NCBI GenBank assembly: GCA_032718475.1
Contig: JAUCBJ010002315.1
Span: 2,195-66,194 of the forward strand
Direction: 5' to 3'
DNA from: Nemertoderma westbladi
Taxonomy: Eukaryota > Animalia > Xenacoelomorpha
Length of the DNA: 64,000 bases
The notes beneath the pieces are model-generated. The model had not been told where the DNA came from. It worked only from the letters and a program-made list of their open reading frames with translations, and made no database searches. Both the position numbers and the translations under genes were made by a program. This document shows positions 47,401-62,400 of the stretch, piece after piece; the stretch's first letter is position 1; every line of letters begins with the position of its first letter.

Positions 47401-50400
47401 AGTTTGGGTAGCAGCGGTACGTGTTTGGGTTACAGTGCTATAGTTTGGGTAGCAGCGGTACGTGTTTGGGTTACAGTGCTATAGTTTGGGTTACAGTGCT
47501 ATAGTTTGGGTTACAGTGCTATAGTTTGGGTTACAGTGCTATAGTTTGGGTTGTAGTGGTGTGTGTTTGGGTTACAGTGCTATAGTTTGGGTTACAGTGC
47601 TATAGTTTGGGTTGTAGTGGTGTGTGTTTGGGTTACAGTGCTATAGTTTGGGTTGTAGTGGTGTGTGTTTGGGTTACAGTGCTATAGTTTGGGTTACAGT
47701 GCTATAGTTTGGGTTACAGTGCTATAGTTTGGGTTGTAGTGGTGTGTGTTTGTGTTACAGTGCTATAGTTTGGGTTACAGTGCTATAGTTTGGGTTGTAG
47801 TGGTGTGTGTTTGGGTTACAGTGCTATAGTTTGGGTTGTAGTGGTGTGTGTTTGGGTTACAGTGCTATAGTTTGGGTTGTAGTGGTGTGTGTTTGGGTTA
47901 CAGTGCTATAGTTCGGGTTACAGTGCTATAGTTTGGGTTACAGTGCTATAGTTTGGGTTACAGTGCTATAGTTTGGGTTACAGTGCTATAGTTTGGGTTA
48001 CAGTGCTATAGTTTGGGTTACAGTGCTATAGTTTGGGTTACAGTGCTATAGTTTGGGTAGCAGCGGTACGTGTTTGGGTTACAGTGCTATAGTTTGGGTA
48101 GCAGCGGTACGTGTTTGGGTTACAGTGCTATAGTTTGGGTTGTAGTGGTGTGTGTTTGGGTTACAGTGCTATAGTTTGGGTTACAGTGCTATAGTTTGGG
48201 TTGTAGTGGTGTGTGTTTGGGTTACAGTGCTATAGTTTGGGTTACAGTGCTATAGTTTGGGTAGCAGCGGTACGTGTTTGGGTTACAGTGCTATAGTTTG
48301 GGTAGCAGCGGTACGTGTTTGGGTTACAGTCCTATAGTTTGGGTTGTAGTGGTGTGTGTTTGGGTTACAGTGCTATAGTTTGGGTTACAGTGCTATAGTT
48401 TGGGTTGTAGTGGTGTGTCTTTGGGTTACAGTGCTATCGTTTGGGTTACAGTGCTATAGTTTGGGTTATAGTGCTATAGTTTGGGTTGTAGTGGTGTGTG
48501 TTTGGGTTACAGTGCTATAGTTTGGGTTACAGTGGTGTGTGTTTGGGTTACAGTGCTATAGTTTGGGTTACAGTGCTATAGTTTGGGTTGTAGTGGTGTG
48601 TGTTTGGGTTACAGTGCTATAGTTTGGGTTACAGTGCTATAGTTTGGGTTGTAGTGGTGTGTGTTTGGGTTACAGTGCTATAGTTTGGGTTACAGTGCTA
48701 TAGTTTGGGTTGTAGTGGTGTGTCTTTGGGTTACAGTGCTATCGTTTGGGTTACAGTGCTATAGTTTGGGTTACAGTGCTATAGTTTGGGTTACAGTGCT
48801 ATAGTTTGGGTTGTAGTGGTGTGTGTTTGGGTTACAGTGCTATAGTTTGGGTTACAGTGGTGTGTGTTTGGGTTACAGTGCTATAGTTTGGGTTACAGTG
48901 CTATAGTTTGGGTTGTAGTGGTGTGTGTTTGGGTTACAGTGCTATAGTTTGGGTTACAGTGCTATAGTTTGGGTTACAGTGCTATAGTTTGGGTTACAGT
49001 GCTATAGTTTGGGTTGTAGTGGTGTGTGTTTGGGTTACAGTGCTATAGTTTGGGTTACAGTGCTATAGTTTGGGTTGTAGTGGTGTGTGTTTGGGTTACA
49101 GTGCTATAGTTTGGGTTACAGTGCTATAGTTTGGGTAGCAGCGGTACGTGTATGGGATACAGTGCTATAGTTTGGGTTACAGTGCTATAGTTTGGGTTAC
49201 AGTGCTATAGTTTGGGTTGTAGTGGTGTGTGTTTGGGTTACAGTGCTATAGTTTGGGTTACAGTGCTATAGTTTGGGTTGTAGTGGTGTGTGTTTGGGTT
49301 ACAGTGCTATAGTTTGGGTTACAGTGCTATATGTTGGGTTACAGTGCTATAGTTTGGGTTGTAGTGGTGTGTGTTTGGGTTACAGTGCTATAGTTTGGGT
49401 TGTAGTGGTGTGTGTTTGGGTTACAGTGCTATAGTTTGGGTTGTAGTGGTGTGTGTTTGGGTTACAGTGCTATAGTTTGGGTTACAGTGCTATAGTTTGG
49501 GTTGTAGTGGTGTGTGTTTGGGTTACAGTGCTATAGTTTGGGTTGTAGTGGTGTGTGTTTGGGTTACAGTGCTATAGTTTGGGTTGTAGTGGTGTGTGTT
49601 TGGGTTACAGTGCTATAGTTTGGGTTGTAGTGCTATAGTTTGGGTTACAGTGCTATAGTTTGGGTTGTAGTGGTGTGTGTTTGGGTTACAGTGCTATAGT
49701 TTGGGTTACAGTGCTATAGTTTGGGTAGCAGCGGTACGTGTATGGGTTACAGTGCTATAGTTTGGGTTACAGTACTATAGTTTGGGTTACAGTGCTATAG
49801 TTTGGGTTACAGTGCTATAGTTTGGGTAGCAGCGGTACGTGTTTGGGTTACAGTGCTATAATTTGGGTTACAGTGCTATAGTTTGGGATACAGTGCTATA
49901 GTTTGGGTTGTAGTGGTGTGTGTTTGGGTTACAGTGCTATAGTTTGGGTTACAGTGCTATAGTTTGGGTTACAGTGCTATAGTTTGGGTTACAGTGCTAT
50001 AGTTTGGGTTGTAGTGGTGTGTGTTTGGGTTACAGTGCTATAGTTTGGGTTACAGTGCTATAGTTTGGGTTACAGTGGTGTGTGTTTGGGTTACAGTGCT
50101 ATAGTTTGGGTTACAGTGCTATAGTTTGGGTTACAGTGGTGTGTGTTTGGGTTACAGTGCTATAGTTTGGGTTACAGTGGTGTGTGTATGGGATACAGTG
50201 CTATAGTTTGGGTTGTAGTGGTGTGTGTTTGGGTTACAGTGCTATAGTTTGGGTTACAGTGGTGTGTGTTTGGGTTACAGTGCTATAGTTTGGGTTACAG
50301 TGCTATAGTTTGGGTTACAGTGCTATAGTTTGGGTTGTAGTGGTGTGTGTTTGGGTTACAGTGCTATAGTTTGGGTTACAGTGGTGTGTGTTTGGGTTAC

Positions 50401-53400
50401 AGTGCTATAGTTTGGGTTACAGTGCTATAGTTTGGGTTACAGTGCTATAGTTTGGGTAGCAGCGGTACGTGTTTGGGTTACAGTGCTATAGTTTGGGTTG
50501 TAGTGGTGTGTGTTTGGGTTACAGTGCTATAGTTTGGGTTGTAGTGGTGTGTGTTTGGGTTACAGTGCTATAGTTTGGGTTACAGTGGTGTGTGTTTGGG
50601 TTACAGTGCTATAGTTTGGGTTACAGTGCTATAGTTTGGGTTACAGTGCTATAGTTTGGGTTACAGTGCTATAGTTTGGGTTACAGTGCTATAGTTTGGG
50701 TAGCAGCGGTACGTGTTTGGGTTACAGTGCTATAGTTTGGGTTGTAGTGGTGTGTGTTTGGGTTACAGTGCTATAGTTTGGGTTGTAGTGGTGTGTGTTT
50801 GGGTTACAGTGCTATAGTTTGGGTTACAGTGGTGTGTGTTTGGGTTACAGTGCTATAGTTTGGGTTACAGTGCTATAGTTTGGGTTACAGTGCTATAGTT
50901 TGGGTTGTAGTGGTGTGTGTTTGGGTTACAGTGCTATAGTTTGGGTTACAGTGCTATAGTTTGGGTTACAGTGCTATAGTTTGGGTTACAGTGCTATAGT
51001 TTGGGTTGTAGTGGTGTGTGTTTGGGTTACAGTGCTATAGTTTGGGTTACAGTGCTATAGTTTGGGTTACAGTGCTATAGTTTGGGTAGCAGCGGTACGT
51101 GTTTGGGTTACAGTGCTATAGTTTGGGTAGCAGCGGTACGTGTTTGGGTTACAGTGCTATAGTTTGGGTTGTAGTGGTGTGTGTTTGGGTTACAGTGCTA
51201 TAGTTTGGGTTACAGTGCTATAGTTTGGGTTGTAGTGGTGTGTGTTTGGGTTACAGTGCTATAGTTTGGGTTACAGTGCTATAGTTTGGGTTACAGTGCT
51301 ATAGTTTGGGTTGTAGTGGTGTGTGTTTGGGTTACAGTGCTATAGTTTGGGTTACAGTGGTGTGTGTTTGGGTTACAGTGCTATAGTTTGGGTTACAGTG
51401 CTATAGTTTGGGTTGTAGTGGTGTGTGTTTGGGTTACAGTGCTATAGTTTGGGTTACAGTGCTATAGTTTGGGTTACAGTGCTATAGTTTGGGTTACAGT
51501 GCTATAGTTTGGGTTGTAGTGGTGTGTGTTTGGGTTACAGTGCTATAGTTTGGGTTACAGTGCTATAGTTTGGGTTACAGTGCTATAGTTTGGGTTGTAG
51601 TGGTGTGTGTTTGGGTTACAGTGCTATAGTTTGGGTTACAGTGCTATAGTTTGGGTTACAGTGCTATAGTTTGGGTTGTAGTGGTGTGTGTTTGGGTTAC
51701 AGTGCTATAGTTTGGGTTACAGTGGTGTGTGTTTGGGTTACAGTGCTATAGTTTGGGTTACAGTGCTATAGTTTGGGTTGTAGTGGTGTGTGTTTGGGTT
51801 ACAGTGCTATAGTTTGGGTTACAGTGCTATAGTTTGGGTTACAGTGCTATAGTTTGGGTTACAGTGCTATAGTTTGGGTTACAGTGCTATAGTTTGGGTT
51901 ACAGTGCTATAGTTTGGGTTACAGTGCTATAGTTTGGGTTACAGTGCTATAGTTTGGGTTACAGTTCTATAGTTTGGGTTGTAGTGGTGTGTGTTTGGGT
52001 TACAGTGCTATAGTTTGGGTTACAGTGCTATAGTTTGGGTTACAGTGCTATAGTTTGGGTTACAGTGCTATAGTTTGGGTTGTAGTGGTGTGTGTTTGGG
52101 TTACAGTGCTATAGTTTGGGTTACAGTGGTGTGTGTTTGGGTTACAGTGCTATAGTTTGGGTTACAGTGCTATAGTTTGGGTTGTAGTGGTGTGTGTTTG
52201 GGTTACAGTGCTATAGTTTGGGTTACAGTGCTATAGTTTGGGTTACAGTGCTATAGTTTGGGTTACAGTGCTATAGTTTGGGTTGTAGTGGTGTGTGTTT
52301 GGGTTACAGTGCTATAGTTTGGGTTACAGTGCTATAGTTTGGGTTGTAGTGGTGTGTGTTTGGGTTACAGTGCTATAGTTTGGGTTACAGTGCTATAGTT
52401 TGGGTAGCAGCGGTACGTGTATGGGATACAGTGCTATAGTTTGGGTAGCAGCGGTACGTGTTTGGGTTACAGTGCTATAGTTTGGGTTACAGTGCTATAG
52501 TTTGGGATACAGTGCTATAGTTTGGGTTGTAGTGGTGTGTCTTTGGGTTACAGTGCTATAGTTTGGGTTACAGTGCTATAGTTTGGGTTACAGTGCTATA
52601 GTTTGGGTTACAGTGCTATAGTTTGGGTTACAGTGCTATAGTTTGGGTTACAGTGCTATAGTTTGGGTTACAGTGCTATAGTTTGGGTTACAGTGCTGTA
52701 GTTTGGGTTACAGTGCTATAGTTTGGGTTGTAGTGGTGTGTGTTTGGGTTACAGTGCTATAGTTTGGGTTACAGTGGTGTGTGTTTGGGTTACAGTGCTA
52801 TAGTTTGGGTTACAGTGCTATAGTTTGGGTTGTAGTGGTGTGTGTTTGGGTTACAGTGCTATAGTTTGGGTTACAGTGCTATAGTTTGGGTTACAGTGCT
52901 ATAGTTTGGGTTACAGTGCTATAGTTTGGGTAGCAGCGGTACGTGTTTGGGTTACAGTGCTATAGTTTGGGTTGTAGTGGTGTGTCTTTGGGTTACAGTG
53001 CTATAGTTTGGGTTACAGTGCTATAGTTTGGGTTACAGTGCTATAGTTTGGGTTACAGTGGTGTGTGTTTGGGTTACAGTGCTATAGTTTGGGTTACAGT
53101 GCTATAGTTTGGGTTACAGTGGTGTGTGTTTGGGTTACAGTGCTATAGTTTGGGTTACAGTGCTATAGTTTGGGTTACAGTGCTATAGTTTGGGTTGTAG
53201 TGGTGTGTGTTTGGGTTACAGTGCTATAGTTTGGGTTACAGTGCTATAGTTTGGGTTACAGTGCTATAGTTTGGGTTACAGTGCTATAGTTTGGGTTGTA
53301 GTGGTGTGTGTTTGGGTTACAGTGCTATAGTTTGGGTTACAGTGCTATAGTTTGGGTTACAGTGCTATAGTTTGGGTTGTAGTGGTGTGTGTTTGGGTTA

Positions 53401-56400
53401 CAGTGCTATAGTTTGGGTTACAGTGCTATAGTTTGGGTTACAGTGCTATAGTTTGGGTTACAGTGCTATAGTTTGGGTTACAGTGCTATAGTTTGGGTTG
53501 TAGTGGTGTGTGTTTGGGTTACAGTGCTATAGTTTGGGTTACAGTGCTATAGTTTGGGTTACAGTGCTATAGTTTTGGTTACAGTTCTATAGTTTGGGTT
53601 GTAGTGGTGTGTGTTTGGGTTACAGTTCTATAGTTTGGGTTGTAGTGGTGTGTGTTTGGGTTACAGTGCTATAGTTTGGGTTACAGTGCTATAGTTTGGG
53701 TTACAGTGCTATAGTTTGGGTAGCAGCGGTACGTGTTTGGGTTACAGTGCTATAGTTTGGGTTAGCAGCGGTACGTGTTTGGGTTACAGTGCTATAGTTT
53801 GGGTAGCAGCGGTACGTGTTTGGGTTACAGTGCTATAGTTTGGGTAGCAGCGGTACGTGTTTGGGTTACAGTGCTATAGTTTGGGTTACAGTGCTATAGT
53901 TTGGGTTACAGTGCTATAGTTTGGGTTGTAGTGCTATAGTTTGGGTTACAGTGCTATAGTTTGGGTAGCAGCGGTACGTGTTTGGGTTACAGTGCTATAG
54001 TTTGGGTTACAGTGCTATAGTTTGGGTAGCAGCGGTACGTGTTTGGGTTACAGTGCTATAGTTTGGGTAGCAGCGGTACGTGTATGGGATACAGTGCTAT
54101 AGTTTGGGTTGTAGTGGTGTGTGTTTGGGTTACAGTGCTATAGTTTGGGTTACAGTGCTATAGTTTGGGTTACAGTGCTATAGTTTGGGTAGCAGCGGTA
54201 CGTGTATGGGATACAGTGCTATAGTTTGGGTTGTAGTGGTGTGTCTTTGGGTTACAGTGCTATAGTTTGGGTTACAGTGCTATAGTTTGGGTTACAGTGC
54301 TATAGTTTGGGTAGCAGCGGTACGTGTTTGGGTTACAGTGCTATAGTTTGGGTTACAGTGCTATAGTTTGGGTAGCAGCGGTACGTGTTTGGGTTACAGT
54401 GCTATAGTTTGGGTTACAGTGCTATAGTTTGGGTAGCAGCGGTACGTGTTTGGGTTACAGTGCTATAGTTTGGGTTACAGTGCTATAGTTTGGGTAGCAG
54501 CGGTACGTGTTTGGGTTACAGTGCTATAGTTTGGGTTACAGTGCTATAGTTTGGGTAGCAGCGGTACGTGTTTGGGTTACAGTGCTATAGTTTGGGTTAC
54601 AGTGCTATAGTTTGGGTTGTAGTGGTGTGTGTTTGGGTTACAGTGCTATAGTTTGGGTTACAGTGCTATAGTTTGGGTTACAGTGCTATAGTTTGGGTTG
54701 TAGTGGTGTGTGTTTGGAATACAGTGCTATAGTTTGGGTTGTAGTGGTGTGTGTTTGGGTTACAGTGCTATAGTTTGGGTTGTAGTGGTACGTGTTTGGG
54801 TTACAGTGCTATAGTTTGGGTTACAGTGCTATAGTTTGGGTAGCAGCGGTACGTGTTTGGGTTACAGTGCTATAGTTTGGGTTGTAGTGGTGTGTGTTTG
54901 GGTTACAGTGCTATAGTTTGGCTTACAGTGCTATAGTTTGGGTTACAGTGCTATAGTTTGGGTTACAGTGCTATAGTTTGGGTTACAGTGCTATAGTTTG
55001 GGTTACAGTGCTATAGTTTGGGTTACAGAGCTATAGTTTGGGTAGCAGCGGTACGTGTTTGGGTTACAGTGCTATAGTTTGGGTTGTAGTGGTGTGTGTT
55101 TGGGTTACAGTGCTATAGTTTGGCTTACAGTGCTATAGTTTGGGTTACAGTGCTATAGTTTGGGTTACAGTGCTATAGTTTGGGTTACAGTGCTATAGTT
55201 TGGGTTGTAGTGGTGTGTCTTTGGGTTACAGTACTATAGTTTGGGTTACAGTGCTATAGTTTGGGTAGCAGCGGTACGTGTTTGGGTTACAGTGCTATAG
55301 TTTGGGTTGTAGTGGTGTGTGTTTGGGTTACAGTGCTATAGTTTGGGTTACAGTGCTATAGTTTGGGTTACAGTGCTATAGTTTGGGTAGCAGCGGTACG
55401 TGTTTGGGTTACAGTGCTATAGTTTGGGTTGTAGTGGTGTGTGTTTGGGTTACAGTGCTATAGTTTGGGTTACAGTGCTATAGTTTGGGTTACAGTGCTA
55501 TAGTTTGGGTTGTAGTGGTGTGTGTTTGGGTTACAGTGCTATAGTTTGGGTTACAGTGCTATAGTTTGGGTTACAGTGCTATAGTTTGGGTTACAGTGCT
55601 ATAGTTTGGGTTACAGTGCTATAGTTTGGGTTGTAGTGGTGTGTCTTTGTGTTACAGTACTATAGTTTGGGTTACAGTGCTATAGTTTGGGTAGCAGCGG
55701 TACGTGTTTGGGTTACAGTGCTATAGTTTGGGTTGTAGTGGTGTGTGTTTGGGTTACAGTGCTATAGTTTGGGTTACAGTGCTATAGTTTGGGTTACAGT
55801 GCTATAGTTTGGGTAGCAGCGGTACGTGTTTGGGTTACAGTGCTATAGTTTGGGTTACAGTGCTATAGTTTGGGTAGCAGCGGTACGTGTTTGGGTTACA
55901 GTGCTATAATTTGGGTTACAGTGCTATAGTTTGGGTTACAGTGCTATAGTTTGGGTTGTAGTGGTGTGTCTTTGGGTTACAGTGCTATAGTTTGGGTTAC
56001 AGTGCTGTAGTTTGGGTTACAGTGCTATAGTTTGGGTTGTAGTGGTGTGTCTTTGGGTTACAGTGCTATAGTTTGGGTTACAGTGCTATAGTTTGGGTTA
56101 CAGTGCTATAGTTTGGGTTACAGTGCTATAGTTTGGGTTGTAGTGGTGTGTCTTTGGGTTACAGTGCTATAGTTTGGGTTACAGTGCTATAGTTTGGGTT
56201 ACAGTGCTATAGTTTGGGTTACAGTGCTATAGTTTGGGTAGCAGCGGTACGTGTTTGGGTTACAGTGCTATAGTTTGGGTTACAGTGCTATAGTTTGGGT
56301 TACAGTGCTATAGTTTGGGTTGTAGTGGTGTGTGTTTGGGTTACAGTGCTATAGTTTGGGTTACAGTGCTGTAGTTTGGGTAGCAGCGGTACGTGTTTGG

Positions 56401-59400
56401 GTTACAGTGCTATAGTTTGGGTTACAGTGCTATAGTTTGGGTAGCAGCGGTACGTGTTTGGGTTACAGTGCTATAGTTTGGGTTACAGTGCTATAGTTTG
56501 GGTTACAGTGCTATAGTTTGGGTTGTAGTGGTGTGTGTTTGGGTTACAGTGCTATAGTTTGGGTTACAGTGCTATAGTTTGGGTTACAGTGCTATAGTTT
56601 GGGTTACAGTGCTATAGTTTGGGTTGTAGTGGTGTGTCTTTGGGTTACAGTGCTATAGTTTGGGTTGTAGTGGTGTTTGTTTGGGTTACAGTGCTATAGT
56701 TTGGGTTACAGTGCTATAGTTTGGGTTACAGTGCTATAGTTTGGGTTACAGTGCTATAGTTTGGGTTACAGTGCTATAGTTTGGGTTGTAGTGGTGTGTC
56801 TTTGGGTTACAGTGCTATAGTTTGGGTTGTAGTGGTGTTTGTTTGGGTTACAGTGCTATAGTTTGGGTTACAGTGCTATAGTTTGGGTAGCAGCGGTACG
56901 TGTTTGGGTTACAGTGCTATAGTTTGGGTTACAGTGCTATAGTTTGGGTTACAGTGCTATAGTTTGGGTTGTAGTGGTGTGTGTTTGGGTTACAGTGCTA
57001 TAGTTTGGGTTACAGTGCTGTAGTTTGGGTAGCAGCGGTACGTGTTTGGGTTACAGTGCTATAGTTTGGGTTACAGTGCTATAGTTTGGGTAGCAGCGGT
57101 ACGTGTTTGGGTTACAGTGCTATAGTTTGGGTTACAGTGCTATAGTTTGGGTAGCAGCGGTACGTGTTTGGGTTACAGTGCTATAGTTTGGGTTACAGTG
57201 CTATAGTTTGGGTAGCAGCGGTACGTGTTTGGGTTACAGTGCTATAGTTTGGGTTACAGTGCTATAGTTTGGGTAGCAGCGGTACGTGTTTGGGTTACAG
57301 TGCTATAATTTGGGTTACAGTGCTATAATTTGGGTTACAGTGCTATAGTTTGGGTTGTAGTGGTGTGTGTTTGGGTTACAGTGCTATAGTTTGGGTAGCA
57401 GCGGTACGTGTTTGGGTTACAGTGCTATAGTTTGGGTTACAGTGCTATAGTTTGGGTAGCAGCGGTACGTGTTTGGGTTACAGTGCTATAGTTTGGGTTA
57501 CAGTGCTATAGTTTGGGTAGCAGCGGTACGTGTTTGGGTTACAGTGCTATAGTTTGGGTTACAGTGCTATAGTTTGGGTAGCAGCGGTACGTGTTTGGGT
57601 TACAGTGCTATAGTTTGGGTTACAGTGCTATAGTTTGGGTAGCAGCGGTACGTGTTTGGGTTACAGTGCTATAGTTTGGGTTACAGTGCTATAGTTTGGG
57701 TAGCAGCGGTACGTGTTTGGGTTACAGTGCTATAGTTTGGGTTACAGTGCTATAGTTTGGGTAGCAGCGGTACGTGTTTGGGTTACAGTGCTATAGTTTG
57801 GGTTACAGTGCTATAGTTTGGGTTACAGTGCTATAGTTTGGGTTACAGTGCTATAGTTTGGGTTACAGTGCTATAGTTTGGGTTACAGTGCTATAGTTTG
57901 GGTTACAGTGCTATAGTTTGGGTAGCAGCGGTACGTGTTTGGGTTACAGTGCTATAGTTAGAGTAGCAGCGGTACGTGTTTGGGTTACAGTGCTATAGTT
58001 TGGGTTACAGTGCTATAGTTTGGGTTACAGTGCTATAGTTTGGGTTACAGTGCTATAGTTTGGGTTACAGTGCTATAGTTTGGGTAGCAGCGGTACGTGT
58101 TTGGGTTACAGTGCTATAGTTTGGGTTACAGTGCTATAGTTTGGGTTACAGTGCTATAGTTTGGGTTACAGTGCTATAGTTTGGGTTACAGTGCTATAGT
58201 TTGGGTTACAGTGCTATAGTTTGGGTTACAGTGCTATAGTTTGGGTTACAGTGCTATAGTTTGGGTTACAGTGCTATAGTTTGGGTAGCAGCGGTACGTG
58301 TTTGGGTTACAGTGCTATAGTTTGGGTTACAGTGCTATAGTTTGGGTAGCAGCGGTACGTGTTTGGGTTACAGTGCTATAGTTTGGGTTACAGTGCTATA
58401 GTTTGGGTTGTAGTGGTGTGTGTTTGGGTTACAGTGCTATAGTTCGGGTTACAGTGCTATAGTTTGGGTTACAGTGCTATAGTTTGGGTAGCAGCGGTAC
58501 GTGTTTGGGTTACAGTGCTATAGTTTGGGTTACAGTGCTATAGTTTGGGTTACAGTGCTATAGTTTGGGTAGCAGCGGTACGTGTATGGGATACAGTGCT
58601 ATAGTTTGGGTTGTAGTGCTATAATTTGGGTTACAGTGCTATAGTTTGGGTTGTAGTGGTGTGTGTTTGGGTTACAGTGCTATAGTTTGGGTTGTAGTGG
58701 TGTGTGTTTGGGTTACAGTGCTATAGTTTGGGTTACAGTGCTATAGTTTGGGTTACAGTGCTATAGTTTGGGTTACAGTGCTATAGTTTGGGTTGTAGTG
58801 GTGTGTGTTTGGGTTACAGTGCTATAGTTTGGGTTACAGTGCTATAGTTTGGGTAGCAGCGGTACGTGTTTGGGTTACAGTGCTATAGTTTGGGTAGCAG
58901 CGGTACGTGTTTGGGTTACAGTGCTATAGTTTGGGTTACAGTGCTATAGTTTGGGTTACAGTGCTATAGTTTGGGTTGTAGTGGTGTGTGTTTGGGTTAC
59001 AGTGCTATAGTTTGGGTTACAGTGCTATAGTTTGGGTTACAGTGCTATAGTTTGGGTTACAGTGCTATAGTTTGGGTAGCAGCGGTACGTGTTTGGGTTA
59101 CAGTGCTATAGTTTGGGTTACAGTGCTATAGTTTGGGTTACAGTGCTATAGTTTGGGTTGTAGTGGTGTGTGTTTGGGTTACAGTGCTATAGTTTGGGTT
59201 ACAGTGCTATAGTTTGGGTTACAGTGCTATAGTTTGGGTTACAGTGCTATAGTTTGGGTTACAGTGCTATAGTTTGGGTTACAGTGCTATAGTTTGGGTA
59301 GCAGCGGTACGTGTTTGGGTTACAGTGCTATAGTTTGGGTTACAGTGCTATAGTTTGGGTTACAGTGCTATAGTTTGGGTTACAGTGCTATAGTTTGGGT

Positions 59401-62400
59401 TACAGTGCTATAGTTTGGGTAGCAGCGGTACGTGTTTGGGTTACAGTGCTATAGTTTGGGTTACAGTGCTATAGTTTGGGTTACAGTGCTATAGTTTGGG
59501 TTGTAGTGGTGTGTGTTTGGGTTACAGTGCTATAGTTTGGGTTACAGTGCTATAGTTTGGGTAGCAGCGGTACGTGTTTGGGTTACAGTGCTATAGTTTG
59601 GGTTACAGTGCTATAGTTTGGGTTACAGTGCTATAGTTTGGGTTACAGTGCTATAGTTTGGGTTACAGTGCTATAGTTTGGGTTACAGTGCTATAGTTTG
59701 GGTTACAGTGCTATAGTTTGGGTTACAGTGCTATAGTTTGGGTTACAGTGCTATAGTTTGGGTTGTAGTGGTGTGTGTTTGGAATACAGTGCTATAGTTT
59801 GGGTTGTAGTGGTGTGTGTTTGGGTTACAGTGCTATAGTTTGGGTTGTAGTGGTGTGTGTTTGGGTTACAGTGCTATAGTTTGGGTTACAGTGCTATAGT
59901 TTGGGTTGTAGTGGTGTGTGTTTGGGTTACAGTGCTATAGTTCGGGTTACAGTGCTATAGTTTGGGTTACAGTGCTATAGTTTGGGTTACAGTGCTATAG
60001 TTTGGGTTACAGTGCTATAGTTTGGGTTACAGTGCTATAGTTTGGGTTACAGTGCTATAGTTTGGGTTACAGTGCTATAGTTTGGGTTACAGTGCTATAG
60101 TTTGGGTTACAGTGCTATAGTTTGGGTTACAGTGCTATAGTTTGGGTTACAGTGCTGTAGTTTGGGTTACAGTGCTATAGTTTGGGTTGTAGTGGTGTGT
60201 GTTTGGGTTACAGTGCTATAGTTTGGGTTGTAGTGGTGTGTGTTTGGGTTACAGTGCTATAGTTTGGGTTACAGTGCTATAGTTTGGGTTACAGTGCTAT
60301 AGTTTGGGTTACAGTGCTATAGTTTGGGTTACAGTGCTGTAGTTTGGGTTACAGTGCTATAGTTTGGGTTGTAGTGGTGTGTGTTTGGGTTACAGTGCTA
60401 TAGTTTGGGTTGTAGTGGTGTGTGTTTGGGTTACAGTGCTATAGTTTGGGTAGTAGTGGTGTGTGTTTGGGTTACAGTGCTATAGTTTGGGTTACAGTGC
60501 TATAGTTTGGGTTACAGTGCTATAGTTTGGGTTGTAGTGGTGTGTGTTTGGGTTACAGTGCTATAGTTTGGGTTACAGTGCTATAGTTTGGGTTACAGTG
60601 CTATAGTTTGGGTTACAGTGCTGTAGTTTGGGTTACAGTGCTATAGTTTGGGTTGTAGTGGTGTGTGTTTGGGTTACAGTGCTATAGTTTGGGTTGTAGT
60701 GGTGTGTGTTTGGGTTACAGTGCTATAGTTTGGGTTGTAGTGGTGTGTGTTTGGGTTACAGTGCTATAGTTTGGGTTACAGTGCTATAGTTTGGGTTACA
60801 GTGCTATAGTTTGGGTTACAGTGCTATAGTTTGGGTTACAGTGCTGTAGTTTGGGTTACAGTGCTATAGTTTGGGTTGTAGTGGTGTGTGTTTGGGTTAC
60901 AGTGCTATAGTTTGGGTTACAGTGCTATAGTTTGGGTTAGTGCTTAGTTTGGGTTACAGTGCTATAGTTTGGGTTACAGTGCTATAGTTTGGGTTACAGT
61001 GCTATAGTTTGGGTTGTAGTGGTGTGTGTTTGGGTTACAGTGCTATAGTTTGGGTTGTAGTGGTGTGTGTTTGGGTTACAGTGCTATAGTTTGGGTTGTA
61101 GTGGTGTGTGTTTGGGTTACAGTGCTATAGTTTGGGTTAGTGTTGTTTGGGTTACAGTGCTATAGTTTGGGTTACAGTGCTATAGTTTGGGTTACAGTGC
61201 TGTAGTTTGGGTTACAGTGCTATAGTTTGGGTTGTAGTGGTGTGTGTTTGGGTTACAGTGCTATAGTTTGGGTTACAGTGCTATAGTTTGGGTTGTAGTG
61301 GTGTGTGTTTGGGTTACAGTGCTATAGTTTGGGTTACAGTGCTATAGTTTGGGTTACAGTGCTATAGTTTGGGTTACAGTGCTATAGTTTGGGTTACAGT
61401 GCTATAGTTTGGGTTGTAGTGGTGTGTGTTTGGGTTACAGTGCTATAGTTTGGGTTACAGTGCTATAGTTTGGGTTGTAGTGGTGTGTCTTTGGGTTACA
61501 GTGCTATAGTTTGGGTTACAGTGCTATAGTTTGGGTTACAGTGCTGTAGTTTGGGTTACAGTGCTATAGTTTGGGTTGTAGTGGTGTGTGTTTGGGTTAC
61601 AGTGCTATAGTTTGGGTTACAGTGCTATAGTTTGGGTTACAGTGCTGTAGTTTGGGTTACAGTGCTATAGTTTGGGTTACAGTGCTATAGTTTGGGTTAC
61701 AGTGCTATAGTTTGGGTTACAGTGCTGTAGTTTGGGTTACAGTGCTATAGTTTGGGTTGTAGTGGTGTGTGTTTGGGTTACAGTGCTATAGTTTGGGTTA
61801 CAGTGCTATAGTTTGGGTAGCAGCGGTACGTGTTTGGGTTACAGTGCTATAGTTTGGGTTACAGTGCTATAGTTTGGGTTACAGTGCTGTAGTTTGGGTT
61901 ACAGTGCTATAGTTTGGGTTGTAGTGGTGTGTGTTTGGGTTACAGTGCTATAGTTTGGGTTACAGTGCTATATGTTGGGTTACAGTGCTATAGTTTGGGT
62001 TACAGTGCTATAGTTTGGGTTGTAGTGGTGTGTGTTTGGGTTACAGTGCTATAGTTTGGGTTACAGTGCTATAGTTTGGGTTACAGTGCTATAGTTTGGG
62101 TTACAGTGCTGTAGTTTGGGTTACAGTGCTATAGTTTGGGTTGTAGTGGTGTGTGTTTGGGTTACAGTGCTATAGTTTGGGTTGTAGTGGTGTGTGTTTG
62201 GGTTACAGTGCTATAGTTTGGGTTGTAGTGGTGTGTGTTTGGGTTACAGTGCTATAGTTTGGGTTACAGTGCTATAGTTTGGGTTACAGTGCTATAGTTT
62301 GGGTTACAGTGCTATAGTTTGGGTTACAGTGCTATAGTTTGGGTTACAGTGCTATAGTTTGGGTTACAGTGCTATAGTTTGGGTAGCAGCGGTACGTGTT

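Noticed and set aside
60935-61145. GGGTTAG words as true telomeric repeats
   Set aside because: Two isolated malformed monomers, probably small deletions or consensus errors; not tandem TTAGGG.
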